Source of the DNA: Phoronis australis
Lineage: Eukaryota; Animalia; Phoronida
DNA length: 64,000 bases
Assembly: GCA_002633005.1 (NCBI GenBank)
Contig: NMRA01000276.1
Coordinates: 309,134 to 373,133 of the forward strand
Direction: 5' to 3'
Each line of letters opens with the position of its first letter. Position 1 is the stretch's first letter. The translations under genes were made by a program, and so were the position numbers. The notes below the pieces were generated by a model. It ran no database searches. It had not been told where the DNA came from and saw nothing but the letters and a program-made list of their open reading frames with translations. Below, piece by piece: positions 39,050 to 50,918 of the stretch.

Positions 39050-39530
39050 ACATGGCTTGTTGAAATCTATGTTAAAGTGACTGTGTGCAGAGCAACCCAA
39101 ACAGTGGGACAGGGAGATCCCAGTCTAGTCTAGGTTTTTCTCTGTTTGAGTTACTATAATGGGCGTACAGTGAGGGGACCTATGCAGATATTGACGGAGC
39201 TGTGGACTTCAGAACAAGACTACCAGATATCTGGAATAGCTATCAATATGTTACTGAACTCCGAGATCGCATAGAAGCGACCACTGAGTAAGCTAGAGGA
39301 GCTGTGTAAGTCCCAAGATAGGTATAAACATTTCTATGATCGTAAGACAGCGGTGAGAAAGTTTTAGGTTGGTGACAAAGTTTTACTACTCTTCCCTACT
39401 GATCACAATAAATTGCTAATGCATTGGCAAGGTCCGGATGAAGTTGTAGAGGTGAAATGACTCAATGATTACAGGGTTAGAGTAAAAAACAAGGTCAAAT
39501 TGTTCCATGCAAATATGTTGGAAAAGTAGA
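39050..39530 (+). pseudogene. Integrase C-terminal region (GPY/F-like module)
   Basis: LKSMLK*LCAEQPKQWDR...SSLGFS-FELL-GRTVRGP...YKHFYDRK...VGDKVLLLLPTDHNKLLMHWQGP...FHANML. Confidence 0.88.
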
Positions 39531-39739
39531 AACAACAGATGACGGGTCTGTACAGGCAGTTGCTGTAGCTGTCATTGAACCTCCAGCAGATGACGATGTT
39601 GATGACGGTGCTGTTGATGACGAGAGCTTGATTCCGGTTGGTGAGTTGTTCAGTACCGAGACGGTCAGCGATGTTCAGGAGGGAACAACCATCAGTGCTG
39701 ACCAGGAAAAAAGTGCCAGAGAGGTGTTAGATAAATATC

Positions 39740-41057
39740 AACTGTTTTCACAGATCTACCGGGTTGTACTAACTTGGTGGAAAATTCCATAGAGTTAACT
39801 ACTAGTGAGTCAGTATATGTTAAACCTTACACGGTACCTTTCTCGGTTAGGAACACTATAAGTGATGAGGTAGATAAGATGTTACGTATGGGCATTATTA
39901 GGATATCAAATTCCCCATATTCTGCTCCAGTGATTATTGTTAAGAAAAAAGATGGAAGCAATCGATTTTGTGTTGACTTCCGCAGGCTTAACAGTGTGAC
40001 CTTATTTGACACCAAACCAGCAAACAAAGCTGAAGATATTTTTGCTAGGTTGAGTGATGACAAATTCTTTTCCAAGCAAGAACTCTCTAAAGGATATTGG
40101 CAGATTCCTGGAGGAGGAGTCTGTTGCAAAAACGGCGTTTTCTACTCAAGAAGGGTCTTCTGTCTTCTGCGGGATGCCGTTTGGTTTGAAGAACAGCAGC
40201 GCAACATGCAACCGGATGGTGTTTAAGTTGTTAGAGGGTATCCCAAATACGGATAGTTACACTGATGATATCCTAGTTCACACTAAAACATGGGAAGAAC
40301 ATTTGGCAGGGCTTGACTTGTTGTCTAAGATCAAAGCAGCAAACTCAACTTTGCGACCTAGTAAATGAGTAGTGGCTGAGACAAATGATAACTTTTTGAG
40401 TCATACTGTTGGTGATGGATGTATTTCAATCCACTCAGTTAATGCTAATAAGGTTAGGAATGCAGTTAGACTTGTTACCAAACGACAAGTAAGAGCTTTT
40501 GTTGGCTTAGTTGGTCATTTCCGCAAGTTCATACCTCACTTTGCAGAGAATGTTGTACCTTTGACTGACATGACATGTAAAGGTTCTCCAAAGTATTATG
40601 TAGTGAATCAGCTGAAAAAGTGTTTAGGACATTGAAAAACATTCTGGTTAACGATCCTGTATTGATGTTGCCTAACTTGGAGAAAAGATTCTATTTGCAA
40701 ACTGATGCGTCAGACAACGCGCTTAGGGCTGTACTGATCCAGGACCATGACAGTATGCTGATACCCGTGGCTTATGCTAGTCACAAACTTCTGGAACACG
40801 AGAAAAGATATTCTACTGTTGAGAAGGAATGTTTGGACCTGGTGTGGGCAGTGGCGCATTTTCGTGTCTTCCTGTATGGTTGAGAATTTACGTTACAGAC
40901 AGATCATCAGCCACTGGTATATTTGAACAGGTGCACATTGTCCAACTGTCGCTAAATGTGGTGGGCATTGGTTTTACAGTCTTATACATTTCATTTAGAA
41001 GCTATCAAGTGCACTGACAATATAGGTGCTGATTATATACGTAGAATGTCTGAGTGA
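39740..41057 (+). pseudogene. Reverse transcriptase and RNase H remnant
   Basis: SPYSAPVIIVKKKDGSNRFCVDFRRLN, LSKGYWQI, MPFGLKN, YTDD, LQTDASD, PVAYAS, YSTVEKEC, TDHQPL; several frameshifts. Confidence 0.95.
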
Positions 41058-41144
41058 GGAGTGAATGTGTGACTTATTATTATTATTTTATTGCCAAATT
41101 GTGTTGTATAGGAAATTATTGTAATTTCTTGTAGTATGGGGGTG

Positions 41145-41710
41145 TGTCACAACTTGGTCTGACTTGTATATGATTTGTATATCATGAGATTGCTGTTTTT
41201 AGTTGGTATATACTGAGCCAACCCCTTTATATCGATATGCAAATGTGCTCGTTTTGCAAGTGCAGGTATGGGCAGTCACGATAATGCTGGTATACTCGTG
41301 TTATTTGGCAGTCTACGGGTTCTTTGGGCAGAGTGCAGTTGTGCTTTGCCACGCGCTTACTTTACATTTGAAGCACATGGCGCCCATACCAGTCAAAACC
41401 CTTTGGAACATGTGACCCTTAAGTTCCAATACAGCTGAACCATGAGTGTGCAGGCAACTGGTAAAGCTGGGCGGCGTAATATTTGTCCAAGCAGTGGCAA
41501 AATCTCTGATGCTGAGAAGCCAAAGTTGTGGCACGTGTAGGACAATAAAGAGACACTGAGACCCTTGTGAAGTATAATAATTTTCATATCGGCAAATCAT
41601 TATGAGTTTGTGTGTTTTGTGTGTGTGTCTTTGAGAGGTAATATATATTACATAATTAACTTGTTCTGTTTTGTGTTTGAGAAATTGTCTGACACTAGAC
41701 AAACTTGACA
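41145..41710 (+). repeat. 3' LTR
   Basis: TGTCACAA...AACTTGACA; diverged from the 5' LTR by many substitutions and indels. Confidence 0.92.
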
Positions 41711-41784
41711 CCATACATGGCAGTCGAAAGTCTTCATCGCGAGACACATTTCCTAGCTTGTGCTCATAAACACCTTCTATTAAG

Positions 41785-42799
41785 ATGACATACTTCAAAA
41801 TGCCATACGTTCTCTTCAACATGTCAGATGCCCATTTCAAAATCCCGGAAGATTTCAAAACAACAGAAGCTCACTTTAAACATGAGAGGCTCGTTTCAAA
41901 ACAACAACACTCATCTTTCAACACCAGAGGCTCACTTCAAAACGCCAGAAACTCACTTCAAAACTATGCATGCTTACTTCAAAATACCAGATACTCAATT
42001 CAAAACACCAAATGCTCACGTCAAATGGCAGATGACCACTGCAAATGCCAGATACTAACTTCAAAACACTGAATACTCAATTCAAAAAGCGGAATGTTCA
42101 CTTCAAAATGAAAGATGAGCAATTCAAAAATTCCAGATGCTCACCTCAAAAGGTCGAATGTACACTTCAAATCACCAGATGCTCATTTCAAAGTACTGGA
42201 TGTCCATTTCAAAACATCAGATGCTCACTCCAAAATGCCAGGTAAAAATTCAAAACACCAGCAGCTCTTTTAAAAACATCAGATGAACACGACAAAAGGC
42301 CAGCTGCTCATGTCAACATCAAGTGCTCAATTCAAAACACCAGATGTTCATTACAAATCATGAGATGCTTACTTCATAATGCCAGATGCTCATGTAAACA
42401 CCAGCTCATTTCAAAACAGCAGGTGTTCACTTCAAACACCAGATATTCACTTCAAACACCAGATGTTCACTTCAAACACCAGATGCTCACTTCAAAATGC
42501 CACATGATCCATTCAAAATGCCAGATGCACACTTCAAGAACATCAGATGCTCACTTCAAACACCAGATGTTCACTTCAAACACCAGATGTTCACTTCAAA
42601 CACCAGATATTCACTTCAAAATGCCACGATCCATTCAAAATGCCAGATGCACACTTCGAGAACATCAGATGCTCACTTCAACACCAGATGGTCATTTCAA
42701 AAACCAAATGTTTATTTCATAACACCAGATGCTTATTTCATAATACCATATGTTCAGTTCAAATAGAGCGATGTTCACTTCAAAATGCCAACTGCTCAC
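41785..42799. repeat. ~1-kb degenerate 21-22-bp minisatellite (minus strand GTGAGCATCTGGTGTTTTGAA) starting at a splice donor
   Basis: TTCAAA(A)CACCAGATGCTCAC-like units throughout; the first minus-strand unit is the first 21 nt of the intron. Confidence 0.9.
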
Positions 42800-42920
42800 C
42801 TTTTTGGGTGTTTTCTGTTGTTGTTGTTGCTGCTGCTGCTGCATCCCCAGCAGGCTGACTCCACCCTTACCCCCACTCCTGGGGGACAGCTCTGAGGCTG
42901 GCTTTCTCCCTATGTTGTAT
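42800..42920 (-). CDS. CNOT2: CNOT2 N-terminal exon YNIGRKPASELSPRSGGKGGVSLLGMQQQQQQQQQKTPKK
   Basis: tttgcttcAG acceptor, AAG|GTGAGC donor; 121 nt ending in phase 0, in frame with 30299-30428; contains a mixed CAG/CAA polyQ. Confidence 0.75.
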
Positions 42921-43064
42921 CTGAAGCAAACGAATGTACATCAATCCATATAGCCATGATTGTCATGTGAGAGGAGTGGCATGGTATTGTATGGGAGGTG
43001 AACCTATTCACAATCACTAACTACTAAAGCTGGAATTTTATGAGAGATTAATCAACACAATCAC

Positions 43065-43525
43065 TAGTGAGGCTGGTGTTGCATGAGAGGTCAACCTATT
43101 CATAACCATTAGTGAGGCTGGTGCTGCATGAGAGGTCAACCTATTCATAACCATTAGTGAGGCTGGTGTTGCATGAGAGGTCAACCTATTCATAACCATT
43201 AGTGAGGCTGGTGTTGCATGAGAGGTCAACCTATTCATAACCATTAGTGAAGCTGGTGTTGCATGAGAGGTCAACCTATTCATAACCATTAGTGAGGCTG
43301 GTGCTGCATGAGAGGTCAACCTATTCATAACCATTAGTGAGGCTGGTGTTGCATGAGAGGTCAACCTATTCATAACCATTAGTGAGGCTGGTGTTGCATG
43401 AGAGGTTAACCTATTCATAACCATTAGTGAAGCTGGTGTTGCATGAGAGGTCAACCTATTCATAACCATTAGTGAAGCTGGTGTTGCATGAGAGGTTAAC
43501 CTATTCATAACCATTAGTGAAGCTG
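43065..43525. repeat. 45-bp minisatellite x~10
   Basis: TAGTGAGGCTGGTGTTGCATGAGAGGTCAACCTATTCATAACCAT repeated. Confidence 0.96.
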
Positions 43526-43869
43526 CTACCGTCAGTTGATCAAAGACTACAAAACTTCCATGTCCAAAAAAGAGCATTCTTACTGTTTTTGTCAAAAAAA
43601 CTAAATTAGTGGTTATCCTGAACATATTTTAATGCTAGTATCTACTAGTGTACACATTTGGCACTAAGAAAACACAGTGACCAACGATGAAACACGACTG
43701 AATTACAAGATGAAAGCCTTCGTCGACACATGACGGTATTGAAACACTTTGTTGCTTTTATTCAAACTTTACATTCAGGAAGCCTTGATGTATTTCAACA
43801 CATTCTGAGGCAAGTGATATTGGGTATTGAACAGAATACAGACAAAGACAGGAGATTGTAGTAAGTCGC

Positions 43870-44420
43870 AGCAAAGATACATATGAGTTAGTATAGGGCA
43901 CATTACAGAGGAGAATACATAAGTGTTAGTATAAAACACAAATTGCAGCGGGGAATATGCAAGATTTAGAATAGAAAACAACTGGAATATATGAGTGCTA
44001 GAATTGACAAAAGTTGCAACAAGGAATACACAAGAGTTAGTGTAGAACACAAGTAGCAACAAGGAATACACAAGAGTTAGAGTTGAACACAAGTTGCAAC
44101 AGGGAATACATAAGAGTTAGAGTTGCACACAAGTTGCAACAAGGAATACATAAGAGTTAGTTTAGAACACAAGTTGCAACAAGGAATACACAAGAGTTAG
44201 TGTAGAACACAAGTTGCGACAAGGAATACATAAGAGTTAGTGTAGAACACAAGATGCGACAAGCAATACACAAGAGTTAGTGTAGAACACAAGTTGCAAC
44301 AAGGAATACACAAGAGTTAGTGTAGAACACAAGTTGCTGCAGGGAATACCAAAGTTGCAATAAGGGACAGATAACAGGTTAGTGTAGAGCACAAGTTCAA
44401 GCAGGAAATACACAAGACTG
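43870..44420. repeat. 40-bp minisatellite with degenerate flanks
   Basis: ACAAGTTGCAACAAGGAATACACAAGAGTTAGTGTAGAAC repeated. Confidence 0.92.
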
Positions 44421-44527
44421 GCAGTCACTTGTGTACACAGTTACAGGCTGCAGCAGCAGCTTCTCTACACATGATTCCACCTTATATTTTCCAATACGAA
44501 CGCCTCGGTTATTGAGCAGACTCTTAC

Positions 44528-44610
44528 TTATGAATTCAATAACCTATGAACTCAATAACCTATGAACTCAATAACCTATGAACTCAATAACTTATGAACT
44601 CAATAACCTT
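44528..44610. repeat. 16-bp tandem repeat x5
   Basis: TATGAACTCAATAACC repeated. Confidence 0.9.
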
Positions 44611-45794
44611 TGTAATTGGTTTATTGACAACAAACTATCCCTTCATGTTGGTAAAACTCAAACAATGTTGATTTTAACGTAACTTGTAACAGCAATGTTA
44701 TCACTTCCTGCTCATCTTGGTTTCCAATTGGATAACAACCTCTTTTTTAGGAGACGGCCAAGTCTATTATTAAAAAATAAAATTGTTGACTAAAATGTAC
44801 GTACAGGCATTGAGATTGCATAGACCTTAGGTCATGGAAACATCAGTGCAATTCACTGATAATTTCTTTGTTTGATTATGCTTGTTTGAGCTGGTTTTCC
44901 AGTTTAAATACTTGTCTTCGCAAATGTTACAGGTGCAACAACACACATAATATGTACTCAGTTTATGCCCCCCTTCTCACATAAATATTTTCATCATTTT
45001 CAGTCTCTTGGGTGGCTAAATACTCAAGCTCCCCCTTATTCATAAAATTGCTCATGGTGATGCCCCAAATTTTCTCCTTGATCTCTTTTCAGCATTAAAA
45101 CATGCCATTCTAACAGTACTAGAATGAGCAACAATGATTTTTTTAGTCAAGAGTAAAATCACATGGGTTCAAAACTTTATTTAATTCAACTAGATTTCTG
45201 TGGAATTCACTTCCTGGCAACAGATTTAAATACTTTGAAACGACAAATCAAACAATATTTCTATTTAGACAACTCCAATTGTATTTATCTATTTGTCATC
45301 TATCATGTCACTTCATCCTACAGTCTTTTTTAGATCATTTTCACCTATAATATCTCTCATTCTTCCAATGTAATTATTCACAATTTAGTATTTATTCATA
45401 TTTTGTTTAATTTGAGTATGGACCACCATAGAAATGTTTTTAACTTTTTGGTATTATCCAGATAGTGAACATAATTATTTTTCAAATTTTTTATCTTGTA
45501 CCATTTACTATTGTATTTACTTTTGTTATTATGTATGTTATCAAATAAAAATAATAATAATGGTAATAATAACAACCAATAATCAATGATAATGAATAAT
45601 CAATAAAAATCACAACACAAACCTCATGACGGAATAGTTTCATACATTGCAACAAGGAAAAAGATTAACAGAACAATTAGCTTTTATTGCAGCTGTGAAA
45701 ATGAAGGAAATGACAATAGAAAGAAAATGGTAACGTAGCATTCACTGTAGTCTAGTGAAACATCAAAGAACAAACTGTTGTTTATACCACCTTT

Positions 45795-46235
45795 CGAAAG
45801 GTACCTCAACTACACGGTTAACAGACTCATAAACACAGTCACGGACGCATGAACATGACTCACGTACCTGCAACCACCGTTCACTGACTAACAAACACGG
45901 GAACAGACTCACCAAACACAACCCATTAACCCAAATTCATGGGACACGGACTCGCATTCACAAAGAAACACAGTTATCGGACCGCCAAACACGGTATACG
46001 GACAAAATGTAGATGTCAGCTGACCCAGGAAGCCGATGAGTCCGTGACCTGTGTTTATGGCATGCTTTATCGGAGTGAACTGTGTTTCTTCGCGAATGCG
46101 AGCCCATGTACCGTGTATTTAGGTGAATGGATAGTGTTTTGTGAGTCCGTTCCCGTGTCTGTGAGTCAGCGAACAGTGTTTGCAGGTACGTGAGTCAGGT
46201 TCATGCATCCATGACTTTGTAGTTTAGGTACCTTG
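45795..46235. mobile_element. Second, inverted and more diverged copy of the 456-876 MITE
   Basis: AAGGTACCTCAACTACACGG...GTAGTTTAGGTACCTTG; the core GATGTCAGCTGACCCAGGAAGCCGATGAG is the reverse complement of the first copy's core. Confidence 0.88.
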
Positions 46236-46336
46236 CCTTAGCAAAGTTAGACTTTGTACAAGTAGACCTTTGAAGAAGGCCAGGTGAAGCTGCACAAGAC
46301 ACCATTAGTTAGCCTAATGAGAACAGGTGTACTTAC

Positions 46337-46369
46337 TGTGAACTCCATGGGAAAGTGTCAACAAATCGT
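46337..46369 (-). CDS. Candidate 33-nt CNOT2 upstream micro-exon (RFVDTFPWSSQ) or 5'UTR exon
   Basis: Long polypyrimidine tract plus ctAG, GTAAGT donor; open in phase 2-2 and compatible with exon 42800-42920. Confidence 0.45.
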
Positions 46370-46555
46370 CTAGCAGAGGCGAACAGACAAAAAGAACAAG
46401 TAGTTGTTAGTATGACAGAAGGAAACTACGGGCTAAAACTAATCAAAACTACTTGTGTGCCTTTCTCCAACATCATCTTGTTTCTCATTATTTTTTTATT
46501 TTTCTAATCCCACCTTGATCATCTTGCAACAAAAAACTCAAAATTTGACAAAGTG

Positions 46556-46830
46556 TATGTACTGATACTACTGCTGAAAGGCACAAACAATGTATTGATA
46601 CCACTCACTGCTGCAGGGCACAAACAACATATTGATACTACTGCTGCAGGGTACAATCAATGTATTGATACTACTGCTGCAGGTTACAATCAATGTATTG
46701 ATACTACTACAGCAGCAGGGTACAAACAACATATTGATACTGCTGCTGCAGGGCACAAACACTGTATTGACACCATTGCTGTAGGCACAAACAATGTATT
46801 GATACTACAGCTGCAGGGTACAAACAATGC
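46556..46830. repeat. Degenerate ~33-36-bp minisatellite
   Basis: ATTGATACTACTGCTGCAGGGTACAAACAATGT-like units. Confidence 0.85.
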
Positions 46831-47037
46831 TTTTGCAGTAGCATCTCATACAAGTGTTCATGTTCTATGGTAGGCTTAACAGTTACCAGAGCATTACCCT
46901 AACCTTCATTTAGGATATAATACTGCTGAAAGACACACAAATTAATACAGTAAGAAAATGAAACCCTTTAACACACTTGCTCAAGCCAAAAGGAACAGTT
47001 GTGGCCAATAGATATATAAGGCAAGCTGACTTCTAGA

Positions 47038-49779
47038 CAGTGTTCTCCACGACCACTTTTAACGTGTCGCAGCGTCCTGTTTGGCCGAGCGCGCGTCCTG
47101 TTTAAATGTCCCGCGTCCTGTTTAAAAATCCAGCGTCCTGTTTAAAAATCCCGCGACCAGTTTAAAAATATAGGGACTACTTTGTAAAAAAAGGCGTCGT
47201 CGTTAATAAGTTCTTCACTGGTTCAAATTACGCTTGACAGCAACTGGCCATAGCCCATTGAAACTGAATAAATGCTAAGCCTAACTAAGGAAGTCCCTGG
47301 TCCATTGTGGACAGCCTCATCACCGGACTCACTCAAGCGGCAGACCGGGCTGCAAGCCTATTTATGATGTAACACAGCCTGTAAATAATCTCTCTATTAT
47401 CTTTTCAATTCATCCAGAACAACTAGTCAATTTAAACAAAGGCCCAGTGCTACCTATAGGCCTAATCCACTACCTGCTCACTGGAGGTGCAGTCCAGCAC
47501 GAAAGTTGCTGATCCTTGCCTTAGGCCTTTTCGCTTTTGCATTCACCTTTTTGTGTTCCGCAGAGAACTAATCACATTACCCATTGGAAATAAAATAATT
47601 AAGGCTCCATGGTTAGTTCTGCGAAGTACTGTAAACGTTCGGGTTAACGCCCTGGGCGGTTAAATTGGCAAACCCAAAAAATCGGGGGTGGGCGGTTAAC
47701 CAGACAGGGGCACTAAAACGTGAAATTTCAAGAAATCCAGGGTGGGCGGTTAACCGAACATGGGCGCTTATTACGACAGGCAACCGCCCTGGGCGGTTAA
47801 TCTTACCTCGTGATTCTAAGTCCCCACACCACACACGCACTCAGAACGCGTAGCACTTTTCAAAGAGCGTTATCGTCACGTCGTCACATGACGGGGAAAA
47901 CGTCATAACAGCGGATGATCCCAACAAAGGTTCTCTTGCCCTCAGATTAGTTATTCACTCTATTAAATTTACAGAATTGCTGAGTAATAGCCCCGTGCCG
48001 TCCTGTGGTCTTGTTACTTTGCCCTGCGCAGCGCAGACGACCAGAGACCACGCAGCCTCTACTTGGATTGCAAATATTTCAACACGTGACCTTGCTAAAG
48101 TGCGCGCGTGCAAGCTTCACTTGTTGCAGAGGTCACAGCAGACATCAAATTTATGGTTACAGTCTCGTACTAGCTGCCAAATTCATAGTCAGAGAACAGT
48201 TTTAAAATTAGTTGTAATAAAAGTTTGATAAACTTAACTCAGATCTTTTTTTGTGTTTGGGATGTCGACACTTCGTGACTCAATGACATTTTCAGCGTAT
48301 GGTTCTGCGGCTAGCTTTTTTATCTCGACCGCCCGGCATTGCTCACTTGCCGTTGTGCCAAACATGCTCGGCAAAGAAGTAGGCCTAAGACAAGAATCGG
48401 GGTGAGCCACTCGTCAATCAACAATAAAATTTCGAGCCACGATAAATATGTGATAAAACGCCACAAAACAGCGATGTTTCAATTCATTCTTAAACGATCA
48501 CCTTACCAAACTTCGTGGTGGAAAAACATTTATTTTTCATGCAGGATGTCCAGATTATCCTATTTATATTACTTGCAAAATCGCATTGCGGCACTGTTCG
48601 GTCAGGCTGTTAGCGCGCAATGTCTCAGTCGGCTGACAATCGTGATTTATAAATGCCGTCAAGTAATATAACGGCCTCTTTCGATATATGCACCTCGTTT
48701 TTTTATGGCAAAAGATANNNNNNNNNNNNNNNNNNNNNNNNNNNNNNNNNNNNNNNNNNNNNNNNNNNNNNNNNNNNNNNNNNNNNNNNNNNNNNNNNNN
48801 NNNNNNNNNNNNNNNNNNNNNNNNNNNNNNNNNNNNNNNNNNNNNNNNNNNNNNNNNNNNNNNNNNNNNNNNNNNNNNNNNNNNNNNNNNNNNNNNNNNN
48901 NNNNNNNNNNNNNNNNNNNNNNNNNNNNNNNNNNNNNNNNNNNNNNNNNNNNNNNNNNNNNNNNNNNNNNNNNNNNNNNNNNNNNNNNNNNNNNNNNNNN
49001 NNNTTTTCATCTGGAAGAATGAGTTTGTGACAATCCAGAAAATTATGGGAATTCCATAGTTGCAAGCGTTTGATAATTCAGTTGATATCTTTTTAGAAAT
49101 ATTGGTTGTCATCAACAGGCCTGACACTCCCGTCCAAGTAGGCCTAGATGGAAAACGCAAATAAATTGTTTTGTTTACCCTACCTAATTTGCATTCAAGG
49201 GGGACTCGCGTATTGTGCAGTTTTTACAAGAGTTTTGGTAGTGCAGAAGTGCAATATGTTGTACCAGCTTCAGAACATCGAATTCAGACTGTAAGAATGT
49301 GCAAGATATTACAGGTACAGACTGAGAGAAAACGTAAACTCTGCTATCAAGACATAAAAATGTGACTGACTTAACAAAGACACTTCACTTGGACTGTCTA
49401 CGTCATAGGAAAAGTTTACTTCTGTGTTAGACTTTTTGTTCTTAGTTGACATTGACATCATTATTGAGTAGCCTAAAACATTTCCCCATACTGTATCAAA
49501 CACTCTGTAGACTTCCATTTCAAAGTCATTGACTAAGCAAATGGGTTATGACATATGTGATATGTTTATAAATAAGTCCAACTTTTAAAAATAAAAAGTT
49601 GAATACACACAGTTATTGGTTTGCACTACTGTGCATTACTATTAAAATGAGTGGGTAAAAATAAGGTGCACAAAAAACTGCACACTAGCTTATGGAGAAC
49701 GTTGACCGCCGCGCGGTTCCGGCACGTTGCAATTTTTACGCGTGCGACCTGTTTAGATTTTCAGATGTGGAGAACACTG
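47038..49779. mobile_element. hAT-like TIR element with 5-bp TSD CTAGA; nested Tc1/mariner-like element from 47629 to the gap
   Basis: CAGTGTTCTCCAC / GTGGAGAACACTG; CTAGA at 47033-37 and 49780-84; subterminal GCGTCCTGTTT repeats. It spans an assembly gap, so the pairing of the ends is not fully certain. Confidence 0.75.
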
Positions 49780-49948
49780 CTAGATACTGGAAAATCCAGT
49801 AAAGCTTGGTAGCAATACAAGTCAGGAGAAAGTAATCTTTTGAAAATACTATAAGAAAAGGAGCTTGAAATGAGTGGTGAGTTGGCTTCCTACAGTCTTG
49901 AATGAAGCCAGCTCTGCTGTAAGACTATGTTCAGTGATTGGGCATTAA

Positions 49949-50918
49949 ACAGTACACACCATGGATTTTTGCACATTTCGAATTACCGGTTGCCACAGAC
50001 TAAATGTATGACGTAAAATTTAGCCAAATCCATGATTATTTTGTGTCATTAGCTCGAAATTTTGATTTCTCTTTCAATTTTGCCAATTTTCGCATTTCCC
50101 GCCATGTGGCATCATGGGTTGAACACAAGAGATCAGCGACTAGCACTGAACAACGGCGGAGAGTAGAGAATTTCAAAGCGACAAAGATTATGAGCAAGAA
50201 ATAAACAAATACTATGAAGAAACGTACGAGAATGGTGGCCAGGATGACGAAATGGGGTTGCACGCGGAATGCGAGAACGAGTTTGATATGTTTTCAGCTG
50301 CGCACTTTTCTACTTTGAGGCCTTACGAACTGGATCCTCCCACGAGAGAAGCGGCTTTAGGCTCGGCCAGTCAACCCAGTCATCCAACAGACGATCCTGA
50401 ATAAAGAGCCGATGTTTCTGAATAGTAAATATTGTTCTTTATTGAACCAGGCCTTCATCGTAACATCTCCTCTGATTGGAGTCGAAACACGACTCCTCAA
50501 AGTGGGCAGAACACAGAGTGGCCCCGAACAGAATCGCTTGGTCCACGATGAAGTCCCACACTATCGTTCGGCGCACGAAGCGATGCCACTACTGCACAAC
50601 TTTGGCGTCCTTCAGAACACCGATACGTTCTCCGTCTGACTGCTGTTGCTGTAGCTTCCACAAACACATCTTTTCATCCCTCTACGAACCTTCTCGACGC
50701 TAAATATACTTTACTTTCACTTCACTCTATACACTCGGTAGTTGCTGATCCGAACAGTATGCCGAACGACTTGGGTTCAACCCATGACGTTGTACATAAT
50801 TATTATTTTTTTCAATTTTTACGTGTTTCTTTATGAGCTGTGCACTTAAGGCACTGAAATCAACTAAGATATGATAATTAAATTTATTTTGAGGTACTAG
50901 AGTCATGTTGCGTACACT
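49949..50918 (-). mobile_element. Kolobok-like element with a decayed THAP domain
   Basis: TTAA on both sides; imperfect TIR ACAGTACACACCATG / CATGTTGCGTACACT; minus strand ~50677-50480 reads MKRCVCGSYSN...KDAKVVQ*WHRFVRRT...LCSAHFEESCF. Confidence 0.72.

Larger units (their letters stand above)
31147..41710 (+). mobile_element. Decayed Ty3/Gypsy LTR retrotransposon, Gmr1-type domain order (gag, IN, RT, RNase H), with nested insertions
   Basis: Two TG...CA LTRs; TSD CCATC/CCATA; tRNA-Pro-like PBS TGGGGGCTTGT at 31689; G-rich PPT before 41145; gag, IN and RT remnants. Confidence 0.92.

Noticed and set aside
41785-42858. Overlapping ORFs with H/F/K periodicity resembling zinc fingers
   Set aside because: Open in several frames because of the 21-22-bp repeat; no C2H2 spacing.
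43038-43625. 195-aa ORF with 15-aa repeats
   Set aside because: Translation of a 45-bp minisatellite, with no splice or homology support.
48564-49160. Long ORFs in the track
   Set aside because: Artefacts of the N gap.
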